Position numbers and translations under genes: made by a program. From Laetmonice hystrix (taxonomy: Eukaryota), in the NCBI GenBank assembly GCA_965235115.1, contig OZ249436.1, positions 10,108,001 through 10,172,000 on the forward strand: a stretch of 64,000 bases of DNA. The letters run 5' to 3'. Numbering within the stretch: the stretch's first letter is position 1; each line of letters starts with the position of its first letter. The notes beneath the pieces are model-generated. The model saw nothing but the letters and a program-made list of their open reading frames with translations. It had not been told where the DNA came from and ran no database searches. Shown here in pieces: positions 1 through 13,086 of this stretch.

Positions 1-108
1 GCCTATCCAACGATTGAACCTAGAGAACCAAATAAATGATAGATTAACGGAATATTTTAACGTAAACTTTACATTCCTGTTGTCATCTTAGATTATCATA
101 TAACTTAC

Positions 109-523
109 CTGAGTAAAGATTCGTGAGAAGGGTCATTGGAAGGCAAAGTAGGCAAACAAGAACATCAGCTATTGCCAGGTTGACGATAAAATAGTTCGTC
201 ACATTGTGCATTCGAATGTTGCGATAAACGACGACCACCACCAGCGCATTGCCGACTAATCCAACTAGAAACACGATAGAGTATGCCAGTGAGTATATCA
301 CAATCATATGTACAGGTTGTCGGATGATCGGGTAGTAGGTACCCGAGCCGCTCAATGTGCCGTTCCCGCTCACGTTTGTGGCGCTCGCTAGCCACAAGTT
401 GGTGGTGTCATTGTCTGTATAACCCCCGGTCGGTTCATTGTTAAAAAGTACACTATACGACACATTGTGGTCCGGTTGAGAAACATTCAATTCGATGGGT
501 AACGCAGACCCAACCGTTGCCAT
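109..523 (-). CDS. First coding exon of a class A neuropeptide GPCR, SIFamide/neuropeptide FF receptor-like (N-terminus, TM1, TM2); gene continues beyond the left edge
   Basis: ATG in aaaATGG context; N-terminal N-glycosylation sequons (NVS x3, NDT, NGT); TM1 [18 protein letters not shown]1/TM2 [26 protein letters not shown]; donor CAG|GTAAGT at 109/108 (phase 1 after S138), so the last residues of the track ORF are intronic. Subfamily assignment is from motif memory. Confidence 0.9.
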
Positions 524-730
524 TTTCAGAACGTTGATGATCAGACTTCGTGCGGTTCTCTCTTTTTCTCGCTGTTTTCTCCCCGATGCAGTCCGACTAT
601 AGACGATTATAGTAGGCGTACTTTCGCTTTCCTACTCCAACAGAAAGTCGTCCTCATCCAGTAAGGTACAAGCGGACGGTAATCAAAGGTCGCCACCCAC
701 GGTCTGAGTGTCGGCGGTTACAGGTTATTT

Positions 731-767
731 CGTGCCGCCCGTGCCGCCCGTGCCGCCCGTGCCACCC
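731..767. repeat. 9-bp tandem repeat (cgtgccgcc) x4 in the putative 5' UTR
   Basis: Directly visible. Confidence 0.85.
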
Positions 768-1050
768 GATCTAAGCCGGCCAATGACCGCTGTCTGCTCC
801 TGGCCGGCCGCTCGTGATGAGATGGACTCTCCGTGGGCCACTACACCAGTGTCCGGGCCTCACAGTCATCAGCACAAGAGGTGACCCTGTGTAGACCTGG
901 GAAGCAGATACAAAATGTATTTCATCACTACGGGGAAGGAGAGAGAGGGGCGAGCATATAGCCAACATCAATCTCACTCACATAGAAAACGGGACACGGT
1001 TCGGCTTAAAGGAGCCGTTCCGATTTTCCTCCTATACGATCGGACCAAAA

Positions 1051-1078
1051 CTGTAGATAAAAAATAATAATTTATAAA
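1051..1078 (-). other. Candidate splice acceptor at the 5' boundary of the GPCR coding exon
   Basis: Minus strand reads ttattattttttatctacag|; composition changes here from AT-rich to GC-richer UTR-like sequence. Confidence 0.45.
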
Positions 1079-2382
1079 CAAATTCTACGAATAATTAGTC
1101 TACTTATTACATATTTTCCAGATGACCAACGCATCTGATATAAAGATGCGTATTGGCTGAATGCCGGAATGACACGAGGTATAGTTTCCAGTCTCCGTGC
1201 GTGTCTGTCCTCTGCACTCCATGAAGACACTTTCATTCTTTTAGCTTTGATAGAAAAACACTTTCAGTCAAGCACACATTTATACCACAACTACCCTACC
1301 TGTTACATGGGGATTCTATTAAAGGCACATAAAGTATACTCATACCTGACACGCCCACATTATTGCGTGCCGAATACCATACCAGTGTGCCCTTGAACAG
1401 ACACTATCGACCGAAAGGCAACCGGGTGCATATGACCAGCAGAGAGGTTTTTATGTTGGCATACGCCTCCACCGTTCGGGAGTTCAGGAAAAGATCATCT
1501 GTGTGACAATAAGTAAGGATAATCGCAGGTCAGCTGACCGTCGGATTTTGACATGATAATGTAGTAGACGCTTTCAGCATTGTGGATGCCGTCCGCTAAA
1601 ATATCCGTCTATACATCATCTATACCAGCATAAATCTATTGGGAAGCCGGCTTAGAGGGCGAGAAGTTATCTGATTAAGACTTTAGTAGTGGATGCGCCT
1701 AGCATACTGCTTATCTGGGACTAATGCTACTGACTGCAAGGTCACCGACCCCATGTGTCTCAGATTCCTTCTTTGGCAAGGTCTATTTGATAATATTATC
1801 ACGAGTCACTGCGAGTTTACTGTTTGTATTATTGGCTGTGCATGTTTTTAATGACCACGCTGTTATTTTACCTGGGTAATCAGGGGACAACACGAGCAAT
1901 AGGTGAATGGTATTTCGTCACGACTGGGAAATATTTATAGGCTTATAATTTTAAAACACCCTGTATGTAACCCGAGTCGGACTTGTTTTTTCGGTAGGTA
2001 ATTAATTGAGCAACATGCCATTTATCAAACCTACGCACCGTCGCTAGATGGCCTTCTCTCTTTACATTTTCATGTTGCACTAATTAACAGGAAGCTCGTG
2101 ATCATGTTCCTAACAACGCTCTTACTCATTTTAGAACAAGGCAGTAACAATGGCATGCAAACCAATTGTGTATAGCGGGCTCGAGCAGTTCACTTTTGGA
2201 AATCGCCAACGCAATCTTGTCCTTTAAAATGGATACAGTTTTATGCGAAAACCTAAACGGGTAGTCACCCCTAAATCTAACAATAAAGAGAAGGTAAAAA
2301 GACAAAATGCTGATATTACACTTCGACTCCGTTACACGCCTACACGTGTGTTTGATAAACTGATTCTGTGACGGCCATGGTG

Positions 2383-2496
2383 AATTCCAATCACACATAG
2401 CACATTACATGTTGTCACTTAATTCCAATCACACATAGCACATTACATGTTGTCACTCAATTCCAATCACACATAGCACATTGCATGTTGTCAGTC
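2383..2496. repeat. 38-bp tandem repeat x3
   Basis: aattccaatcacacatagcacattacatgttgtcact at 2383, 2421, 2459. Confidence 0.95.
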
Positions 2497-3955
2497 AAGG
2501 TAGTTCTTAACTTAACCCACCTTCTTTTGATACTGCTGTTGTCGCCGCGGTTGTAATCCATAAAGAAGCAGTTCTAGTGACACCTCAGTTGACTCTCACA
2601 ATCTACCAACTTTACACCTACAGCTTGCCCACTTGGAGCTGGTGACAGCACTGCACAATCTGAACACGATCAAGTGCGGCGAGAGGCGACGATCACTGGA
2701 ACGATCTGGCAGCCGGAGTGTTCGGTTTGCGCGACCATCAGCGGTGTCTGGACCAACCCGCAGCCTGATCACGTCAAAACCACAGCCTCGAGTCGCGTCT
2801 CAGGGACTCGGGCGTTCGTCCCAGGTGGCGCCACGTGTAACCCTGTCCGGGATACGTCAGGCCCGGACTGCGATTCGTGCAGTGAAGAGGCAAGCGAGGG
2901 CGCCAAGTGTGTAACGAGAATGCTTAGAGGCCAAACAAGATGACGCGCTCCCTTCGCAGACGTGGGCGAGTTGATGGGCGCGTGGTAAGAAACATCGGGC
3001 CCTCAAGATGTGCGAGGGGGCAGTCACGGGCAGTCAAGGTCATCTTCTAGCTCCATCGCCATCATCCTTATTAGTCCCTATAAGCATAACTGTCCGTTAG
3101 CGTTAGCGGACGCTTAGTGGATGTTTAGCGGATACAACGTGTTGCAGAAATAAGTAACGAACGGTATCGCTAAACGCTGTATTGCATAGGCATAATCCGT
3201 AAAAAAGTTTCCGCTAGTGGATTCTTGTGGATATTCATAATGTCCTGTTTCAAAAGGTACACATAACGTGCCATCTGATTTAGGCCGATAGGTCCAGAGC
3301 GAAGTAGGCCAGGCTATAGATGGGTCCCCTAAAGTCTAGGCCTACATAGGCCTATGAATATGAATGCGTTTTATTTGAACATTCACTTTAACATTTCAAC
3401 CCTTTCCTTTGAACCCGTTTGGCAAGTGCTACAGATGATCTCAATGGCATCTTGGACACAGAATGGTATAGTGATACAGTAAGAACATAACTTATTTGTG
3501 ATGTTAGGATGATGTGTGATGTTAACCTGCCACGCCGAAGAAAATTCTTCTTGTCAACAATGTTTATTGTAGTTTGGTACGTACCGTTCCGCCAGCCTGT
3601 AAAAGTCTATAGGCCTATACCCATAAATTGTCTCTTTATTGCTTGAAATGCTGAATCTCGCTGCAGGTTTTATCAAACGCTCCCTCAAAATGATGTCAAT
3701 ACTTTTCGTGAAGTGACATGCAATCAGGTCTCCCGACAGTTTGGCAGTTTCCTAAACAACAGTTACTGACACGGACCGTCGCCAGAATGTCGCGCACGAG
3801 ACTAGGCAAAATGATCGAAAACTCCGTAAAATTACTGACATCATTTCGAAAGGTATCAAGGACAGCCAGGTATGAGGCAAGAAACGCTCAGTGTGGGAGA
3901 CTCTAACTTACAGACAAAGCAAAAATCGGCAATACCCTTAATAAATGTCCGCAAT

Positions 3956-4305
3956 CAGGGTTTCCGCCAGAAAAAAAATTAGGGTACGGACCAGAGGAGG
4001 GGTCCAGCGCCAGTGCTGCCATCTATATTCCAAACATATGCGCTCGCAGGCCCCATTGCTCAAGGCATCATCAGGAGGTTTTTACGAGAATCTTCCGCTG
4101 ATCGGCGGAATTCCGATTTTTTTCAAGTGATTTTGGTCATTCTTGAGATTGATGCAAATCTGTTGAGAAAAAATTCAGTGTTATTGGGGGGGGGGGGGGC
4201 TATCTAACTCCAGACTACCTAACGATTTTGAGGGTATGAATCCGTACCCTGAAAAAAATTTAGGGTACGGAATTTTACCCATTTTACCCTCTGGCGGAAA
4301 CCCTG
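3956..4305. mobile_element. MITE, hAT-like termini
   Basis: Perfect 16-bp TIR CAGGGTTTCCGCCAGA...TCTGGCGGAAACCCTG; internal tagggtacgg repeats; no clean TSD seen. Confidence 0.8.
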
Positions 4306-5419
4306 TACTGGCAATGCGGGAGATTCTTGCCAGTAGGGCTACGCTTGCGGGAGTGCTGGAGGTGTCAGTCAAATGCGGGAGTATCCAGCCAGAAGCTGGA
4401 GACTTGGAAACACCACGGTCATTTCTGCCCGTGGTCGCCTTTCTTCTGATCCACACTGCGAGTTACCGAGACAAAGTTCCTGGAAACACGGCGTTATCTT
4501 CTCCGATTGTCGCCCCTTCTGTCCTCAACAAAATCCACAAAATGTAGCAAATTACTTGGCATCAGTGAGCAGAACAGTCTCGTGTCCTGTTCTTTGGGTT
4601 CTTAGGATGAGGTAGTGTCCGTAAGGTGTCGACGGGAGAGTGTTACATCCAGGTTAAATGGTGATAGAATTTAACCCATGTCGGAGGTGCTAGTGCTGTA
4701 GTGCCATAGCAACCACATAGTGCTTCCAAGAACATCCGCTGTAGTTAGACACGGAGGCCATACTGAAAAATAGTTGATTTTGTATCCTTTCCTGAGAATA
4801 GGAAATGAGTTAGTACACATATGTACTAAGCAGGCATTGTCATTGCAATGTTTGTGCTCAACGTTGTATATGGATAGTGGTAGAAATAGAGTAGTAACAA
4901 TAAGTACCAGCAGCAACAGTAATAGTAGCAACAGTAATAGTAGTCAGTCAGTCAGGCAGTCAGTCAGTAACGAACTAAGTGAAAGTAATGCCCCCTCTCC
5001 ACTAAGCCGATATCTGAAGCGATAACAGGGGCGAAAAAGTTCGCTTCTAGATCGCCTTAGTGGAGATGGTTCTCGGTTGAGGTTCGCCCGGTCGCCTGAA
5101 GATCGGTTGAAGATCGCTTCGCCAACCGATAACATTAAACTGCAAAACCCGTCTCCACTAAGCCGAAATCTGAAGCGATAACAGGAGCGAAAAAGTTCGC
5201 TTCTAGATCGCCTGCATGAGCCGAACTTCGCCTTAGTGGAGATGGTTCTCGGTTGAGCATCGCCCGGTCGCCTGAAGGTCGGTTCACGATCGCTCCGCCA
5301 ACCGATAACATTAAACTTGTTTAATGTTCTCGGTTCTGAATCGGCTGATCGGCGCGTTCGCTTCAGTTTCCACTAGGCCTAGTCTTCTCAGCTAAGTGGT
5401 GTGTGCAAGGACCTGTAGG

Positions 5420-6108
5420 TGTTACGGACATATCCTAACATTATGTATATCTCTCCCCTCAATCATATATTGCTGTTATGGTTACCCTTGTACCTTCTAC
5501 ATCCTTTATGTGTCCTTTAATTAATCTCCGGTTTAGTGTTATATCTGGGTATTTTGTGAATTAGATATGTCAGATGTCAAGACAAGCCCAAGCTCTAAAC
5601 TGAGAGCTTTGGCAGCTTTATGTAACAATCAAGGCCTGGCCACGTCTGGCCAGGCTGACACCTTTGAAGTGTTAAGGGTGTGAACGCCTTCTGGCTCCAC
5701 CTATACTTATTATGACAGTCAGCTTTCTATGTTTAACTTTAATCCGTATTGTTGTATACTTTATTGTTAGGACTGTCTCTCTATGTAATGTTATCTAGCT
5801 CTGGACTATATAAGAGTCACGTTAAGTTTGAGTTATCAATCAGTTGGAGAACCACTGCAAGCAATCAATCAGTTGGAGAACCACTGCAAGCAGAGACAAT
5901 CAGTTGGAGAACCACTGCGAGTTAGGAATCAGTTGGACAACCACTGTCAGTCAGCTAGCAACACTTGGAATAGAGTCTGTTGGAATACCACCTGCTCTAC
6001 CAGTTATTGTACATGAACCAAAGAGGAATAGTAAAACCATCGTGAGCACAGCAACTAAATAGTTATCGTCACTAACGTTTTGGAAGACCAACAAACCTAT
6101 TCGTGACA
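5420..6108 (+). mobile_element. Solo LTR (689 bp), probably Gypsy-type
   Basis: TGTTACG...CGTGACA inverted ends, 4-bp TSD TAGG (5416-5419 and 6109-6112), TATATAA at 5807, AGTAAA at 6030, four internal ~30-bp repeats at 5838-5946. Confidence 0.85.
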
Positions 6109-9100
6109 TAGGTGTCGCTAAAAGTATGTCACGTGACACAATTCTTCTTTCGGCAATACAAAATATGACCGCGTGACAAGATGGTTCGAACAGCAAGAAA
6201 TGTGCAAGGAAAGACGATCATTACCGAATATGGAAAGCGTAAAATAAATATTCGAAATCGAACTGCAGCATCTGTAGCACATAAAAAAGGAAGAGATGGG
6301 CCATCAGAGCGGAACCATCAAGGGAGGGGCCCGATGTCAGTCCAGATTGTGCAGTGGCGTACCTACGGGGTTGCGCCGACAATAGTTGTGAAGTACAACT
6401 CCAGCGAGGATCACTTTATTCACATTTCTTGATATTATTTCGATTTCGCGCCGAAAAATACTGAATTTTGTTGGACCATTCATATAATCATGGAATGTGG
6501 ATTGGCGCCAGATCTGACCCCCCCCCCCCCCCCATCAACTGGCTCTTCCCTCCCCGCCAACATCGACGAAGATAAATTAGATTTTAGATTAAAAAAAAAA
6601 TTTACTCATAAATACTTTGATCCAATTCATGGGGCCATGCAAAATTTTATTTCTGTACTCGAGACATGGCTTTTTAAATTGTTCACCCCTTGGACCCTTT
6701 CCAGACCTAAGTTTCGCTTATTTTTGTGCCGATTTTGAGGACCTATAACAGCACAATTATAAGAGTGAGTATTCCCATATTTTATTAACTTACTGTCCTT
6801 GGTAGGTATATGCAGAATACAAGACAACAGGTTCATCCTGGGAATATTGTTTCTGTACGAGCGGTGCCAAAATGGCGTTTTGGCCAATTTTTACCTAAAA
6901 TATTTAGCTGTGCAACAGGGGTTTTCCCATTTGAAAAGGCATATTTTCTTTAATTCTTTATAGATCTTCACAAAACTTTCAGGGAATGCTTACAGGCCAT
7001 ATTCCTATATAATCATAGTCCAAAATGGTTCATTTATGCTAAAAATGCCTAGTTCTTTGACCTTAAGCATAGTGATATCCGACTTTTTGGAGGAGATGGA
7101 TATTTCTGAAAGTTTAAAGTGCTCTAAAAAGTTAGTTTTCAATATTTTTATTTCAAATTTGGCACATGGATAGTCTATGGGGAGTTCTTTTAAGAAAATA
7201 TATTACAAGTTTCGAACTTGGATTAGATTTTTAATGAAGTCCTATCAAAAATGGCAAAAAAATGAAAAATATGGTATCAGGCACCACATATGAAAAATTG
7301 TCACACAAAAGAGATTGAGAGCACAGTCTCCAAACCTTTTTCAAATAATAAGGACATACATATGTACAGTTGACAAAAAAATCAGTAAAGTGCTAGCTTT
7401 CCTTCCAGTCTTTAATGTATCATGAATACAGCCATTTTTTTGACATTCGCAGGTGGGTCATTCCATGTTGAACCAATGGCAAAAAAGTTGATGTCTCCGA
7501 ATTTCTTGAAATTGTAACCACATATTTGACAGCCATATTTGGCCACCTCTGCAAAATTGCAGCTGGGTAACCCCAGAGTAGTTCCCAGGGGACGCGGCTA
7601 TTGGGTACACCGATAACGATAAACGATAATGTTCGCGGCGGGCAGTGGAGACGCCTTTCGGTTCAGTATCGTTCGTTCGCTTCACCAAGCGATTTGTATC
7701 TTTCCGATTTATCGGATGATCGCCTTAGTGGAGCAGGCAGTGGAGACGCCTTTCGGTTCAATATCGTTCGTTCGCTTCACCCAAGCGATTTCCATCCGAT
7801 GACAGCAAAGATCGGCTTGTCGCTTTATCGGATGATCGCCTTAAGTGCCAGATCCACTAAGACGAATTTCTTTCGAATTTGCCGTCGCGCCGAATTCGCA
7901 TGATCTCATGAGCTGTCGGCGCGAATTTCGCTGTAGTGGATCAGGTGTTCGCATAAGATTCGCACGATCTCATGCGAATTCGCATGGCCATGAGAATGCC
8001 AACCGACAAAATCCGAACGTAAATGACACGTTTTTCTTGCGAATTTGCCGTCGCGCCGAATTCGCGTGATCTCATGAGCTGTCGGCGCGCAAATCGCTGT
8101 AGTGGATCAGGCGTTCGGTTGAGATTTGCTTGTCGCATGGGAATTCGCGTGGCCATGAGAATGCAAAGAGAAAATATTCAAACGTTTAGAAATTTTCGCA
8201 TGGGTCGCTTGTGATGATAGCCAACTTTGCTGTCCGGGCGGCGTTTTTAGTTACCGAGATTGATACTATAGCTGGCAGGGGCCGGTCATGTGATCAAATC
8301 TGGGATCGTACACAAACCAGCGACAACTTGGTTGCTGGTTTGTGAACCCAGCCGGTCGCCACGCTCTCAATTATGCGAATACCTACCGTCTGTGGCGAGT
8401 TCCACTGCTAAAACCCAGCCCGGTCACTCTACCAGGCCGTAGTCTACTACGCCCTGCCCATATCGCGCCGGTGTGGCGTAGGCCTGCTTCCGCCGTACTG
8501 TACATTCCGCTCAGCCATCTACCCGGCTTGGAGCCACCACTGACCGAGACTTGGACGCACCAAGTCTTCGTTAACTTCGTTGACTCGCATAGCCTAAATC
8601 CAGCTAGTTTGACCGCAGTTTTCCATTTTACACAGAAAACGTACGCCCGATACTTACAATACCCCCTGGGCCCTGTTTCATAAAAAATCTTACATTTTAG
8701 ATTTAATCATATTGTCGATATACGATAGATTCTGTTTCATAAAAGATCGTTTTTGTCGAAGAACGATAAATCTGTCACGACCAAATGAAAAATCGCTCAA
8801 GTGTTTCATAAAATCGTCCTTGGCTTTTTTTCAATCGTTATTTCCTCGAAAATAGTCGTTGGCCACGACCACCCCGAGGGTTGTCGTAGGATAATATAAA
8901 AACACGAAATGAGTGAATTTTGGCGGAATTTTACTACAACCGTCATTTATGGAGAGGAGAAGGAGGCGTCGGTGGTTCTTCGCGTGAATAAACCCAATTA
9001 ATACTAGGTTTTACGGTGACTTATTCGTGAAACATATCGTTATTTCCTCGAAAAAAAATCGTTGGCCACGACCACACCGAGGGTTGTCGTAGAATAATAT

Positions 9101-9149
9101 AAAGGCGCGAAATAAGTGAATTTTTGCGGAATTTTACTTCAACCGTGAA

Positions 9150-10411
9150 TTATGGAGGGGAGAAGGAGATGGTTCTTCGCGCGAATAGACCCAATTAAAG
9201 CTGCTTTTCCATGAGGCGTTTGCGGACGCGGAGGCGGAGGCGGAGGCGGGCGGAAAAAATCGATCCAACGTATTTCCCTTTAGCTGTCTCCATGACGCGG
9301 GTGCGGCTGCGGAGCGGGTGGACGGGCGCGGACACGTTTTTTCGAATCGCTCATGTAGCGATTTTTTCCGCGTCCGCTTGCTGCCCGCGTGGTATTGCGT
9401 CATCATTTTCTGTGAATTCCCCTGGTAACAATGAAATGATGGAGATTGCAACGGACTCCACGGACTGAAGACCCAAACCCGCGCCAAAACTCCCGCATCT
9501 GTGCCCGTTTCATGGAAACACAACGCCCGCACCCGTACTCGCGTCCGCCGCCGCATCCGCGTCGGCATCCGCGTCATGGAAAAGCAGCTTTATAGGTTTG
9601 ACGGCGACTTATTCGGGAAACGGTATCGGTTGGACAAGGAGTCAGTGATCGCCCTTCAAGAACATATGAAGACTTGTTGTTTTGCTCAACGTCCGGCGAC
9701 CCAAGTAGTATCATGAATATAGTCAAAGCTTGAATTTGTGTAAAGAACCTAACATTTATTCAAAATTTCCCAAATGTATTACTTAGAAATAAGTAAGGTA
9801 TACTTCTTTAATAGGGTAATTCCTCTTAAAGTAATTAAGATGCCTATATCAGCTGTGTAGGCCTAAAACTAACTCACCAAAAAATATGTTAATAACCCCT
9901 TCCTCATTTTGCAGATGTGTTTGGCCCTGTGCTTCTACGCGACAGGGCCTAACTACAGAGTTCTGAGCGACCTCTAGGACTTTTGCAAGCCCACCGTTAG
10001 CCGGGCCGTAGGGGAGGTGACGGATATTGAGGGAGTCCATACTGTGCCTCTCTCATCTTGTGCTTTATCTTGGGAGATGATGACTTTTTCTTCTCGTTGT
10101 GTTCTTTGTGTTCTTTACTGGGAACATCCGGGACATGGGGTTTCTTGTGGAGGGCAAAACATAAGACATGTATGCCTACAATGTAGGCCTACATGATTTT
10201 ATTCTTTATTTACCGGATAACAAGCACTAAGTCTTAGTACTAGCCCTAACTAGGAATCTACTATAGGTCTATACGGTGTAGTGTTTTCCATTCAGCAGAA
10301 ATACTTGGTCGCCCAACTACTTATGTTTTTTTTACCATACCAGCCCATTATAAACAAGCTTGTGAAGCTTATAGCCCCACCAAGAACTATGGATTCTTGA
10401 AGAAACGATGC
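9150..10411 (+). pseudogene. Harbinger (HARBI1/DDE_Tnp_4-like) transposase remnant
   Basis: RFDGDLFGKRYRLDKESV (~9594-9650); after acceptor ttttgcag (9914) MCLALCFYATGPNYRVLSDL*DFCKPTVSRAVGEVTD resembling the family motif LRFYATG..STVSR; YGFLKKRC at 10388 resembling FGILKxRF; stop codon, MITE insertion and missing catalytic core. Confidence 0.8.
9198..9590. mobile_element. MITE inserted in the Harbinger transposase (nest level 5)
   Basis: TIR AAGCTGCTTTTCCATGA / TCATGGAAAAGCAGCTT flanked by TA on both sides; gcgga/tccgc subterminal repeats. Confidence 0.9.
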
Positions 10412-10499
10412 ACGACTTCAATTGATCTTTAAAGGGCAAAGAAAATATTGCCAAAGGAAACTTCGTATGTACTTCGTCCGCATCTTATATAACTATGCA

Positions 10500-11935
10500 G
10501 TTATGTACAATTTGATAGTGTTATCAGACGTGAAGTGTTTTGTTTAGATACAGGCTATTGCAAATATGCTTGACCTTGATTGACCTTTAGAGGTTAGTTA
10601 AATTCATGGAAATTCATGATTTTCTCTCTCAATTTTTACTAATATTAGTAAATTTCACCAGACCCCGTCAGAGTCACAGCCCACCAACTGAGTAGGGACT
10701 AATTATCTGTGGGTCCATGAACTATGTGTACTTTTGGCACGCTTGTTGCCCTCATGCCTTCTGTCACCAAGAAAGAAGGACAGAAAATGTCGATTTTTTT
10801 TCATATCCAAGATGGCCACCAAGCAGCCATTTTTAATGATGTTTGACCTGTGTCCTCCTTAGACTGTCCCTGGTTATTATGTAATGTTGCATGCAAGATT
10901 AGATCTTGTTATCTTCAACTGATTTGGAGGTACAGGCCATTAAAATCTGCATGACCTTGATTGACCTTTGAAGGTCGCTCAAGGTCATGGGAAATGGCGC
11001 CAAATGAAACTTCATATATGACTTCCTATATGTCAATAATAGTAACTATTGTCTTATCTTGCACCGTTGTCGAGATACGAGCCAAAACTGTGTTATTGGG
11101 GAATAAAAATATTACTGTGACCGCCATGTCGCCATATTTGCTCTGATCTGGGAATACATTCGCATATTCATTGCCCCTCATATGCACCTTCTTTCTACCA
11201 AATTTGAAAGAAATCGGGATCGTTTTGTCTGAGTTATTGCTCCAAATGTGATTATATCCAAGATGGCCACCACGCGGCCATTTTGACTGATGTCAAAAAT
11301 ATCTTTGACCTGCCTCTACCTTGGACTGTACCTGATCATTATGTAATGTTTCATGCAAGATTATGTTGTTATCGTCAACTGTTTTAAAGATCCAGGCTAT
11401 TGAAAATCTGCATGACCTTGATTGACCTTTCAAGGTCGCTCAAGGTCATGGAAAATGGCGCCAAATGAAACTTCATATATGACTTCCTATCTATCAATAA
11501 TAGTAACTATTGCGTCATCTTGCACCGTTTTCGAGATATAAGCCAAAACAGTGTCATTGTGGGGGTCAAGAAACAAATATGGCCGCCATGTCGCCATTTT
11601 GAATCTGAATTGAAATTGTATTGCGATGCATATTGGTCATCATTATCCCTCCTCCCTGGACCAGGTTTGAAAGAAATCGTGACTGTTTTGGCTGAGATAT
11701 TGATGAAAATGTGTTTACATCCAAGATGGCCGCCAAACGGCCATTTTGAATGATATCAAAAATCTGTTTGAGGTGCATCATACTCAGATCATCCCTGATC
11801 ATTGTGTGAAGTTTCAAAGAAATCGACCCATACACTTCTGAGAAATCGCTGTCTACGGACATACGAACGTGCGTACATACGGCAGAACAAGCATGTGTCA
11901 AGGGGGTATTCCCGGAATTCCCCTCTGACGTCACT
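10500..11935. mobile_element. Helentron/HINE-like non-autonomous element (boundaries approximate)
   Basis: ~460-bp internal repeats (atccaagatggcc at ~10805, 11256, 11719), tgacct/aggtca motifs, caaatgaaa..catatatgacttcctat core shared with 35134-38619, ACGG/ACAT-type microsatellite then GC hairpin near 11900-11927. Confidence 0.6.
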
Positions 11936-12375
11936 ATTCAGTTCATTCAACTGGTTCCCGGTTGCCTTACCCAGGGTCGACGAGGAACGATTTTCAAATA
12001 TGTAACGATTTTGATTTTCTTCAACGATGCACTTTATGAAACGGAACCGACGATATATCGTAACGATTATCGTTCCTGCTACGATTTTTTAAGAATTATC
12101 GTTCTTTTTTGGTCGTGGTTTATGAAACAGGGCCCTGGTGGTACTACAAATGTTTAGGTTGGGTTTTATAAAATACAATTTAAATAGGTACACAATCGTG
12201 TACGATTGCCCAGTGCCCGACAAGTCACGGCCAGAGAGACCGGCTGCCCAACTGCACTCTTTCGGCTATTGGTGCGTGCAAGTCCCGGTCAGTGACAGCT
12301 CCTATTGCAGCCGGGAAGGTGCCTGAGCGGAATGTACAGTACAACGGAAGCTAGAGTACGCCACACCGGCCCTCA

Positions 12376-13086
12376 GTGCCAGTGTACTATGAAATATTTT
12401 TGCCTATGAAATACTGCAGCATTGCGTCACTGCATTATTTCACAGCCTGTAGCTATGAAATCTTGCTGCCTACGAAATATTGCAGTGACGCAATACTGCA
12501 ATATTTCATAGCTGTATTATTTCATAGCTTGTATCTATGAAATATAGCTGCCTATGAAATATTGCAGTATTGCATCACTGCATTATTTCATAGGCAGCAA
12601 TATTTCATAGCCTGTAGCTATGAAATATTGCATAGCTTATAGCTATGGAATGCCGCCTATGACATATTGCAGTCATGAAGTACCTTAGTACATGTACTGC
12701 AATATTCCACGGACTGCAATATTTCATAGCTATAGCTATGGAATAATGCCGCCTATGAAATATTGCAGTCATGAAATGCTGAAATATTCCACGGACTGCA
12801 ATATTTCATAGCTATAGCTATGGAATAATGTCGCCTATGAAATATTGCAGTCATGAAATAGCCTAGTACTGCAATATTTCACGGACTGCAATATTTTATA
12901 GCTTATAGCTATGGAATAATGCCGCCTATGAAATATTGCAGTCATGATATATTGCAGTACGAAAGCACAATGCGGCAATATTTTATGACTGCAAATCATA
13001 GCCAATGTGTATGAAAAATTGCGGTCATGAAATATTGCCACATTTTGACGCATTACTGCAATATTTCATGCCTGCAATATTGGCCC
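12376..13086. mobile_element. Harbinger-like MITE made of tgaaatattgcag repeats
   Basis: Dense atgaaatattgcagt / actgcaatatttcat motifs in both orientations; ends gtgcca../..tggccc with TCA on both flanks; left TIR degenerate. Confidence 0.6.

Larger units (their letters stand above)
8669..12134 (+). mobile_element. PIF/Harbinger DNA transposon, decayed (nest level 4)
   Basis: Perfect 16-bp TIR GGCCCTGTTTCATAAA / TTTATGAAACAGGGCC, 3-bp TSD CTG on both sides, transposase remnants inside. Confidence 0.9.
8465..12372. mobile_element. Non-autonomous PIF/Harbinger-like element (nest level 3)
   Basis: ~60-bp imperfect TIR gccggtgtggcgta..cttccg..gtactgtacattccgctcag / ctgagcggaatgtacagtac..cggaag..tacgccacaccggccc. 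Confidence 0.75.

Noticed and set aside
83..108. C-terminal KLYDNLR of the 146-aa track ORF
   Set aside because: Lies after a canonical GTAAGT donor, so it is intron read-through
2500..3900. Possible decayed LTR/gag fragment and Harbinger remnant (end-like tagtccc..ataagca at ~3072, inverse at ~1705-1723)
   Set aside because: Motifs too degraded and ends face outward; no element could be delimited
6630..7575. AT-rich DNA-transposon-like segment inside the nest
   Set aside because: No convincing TIR or TSD found
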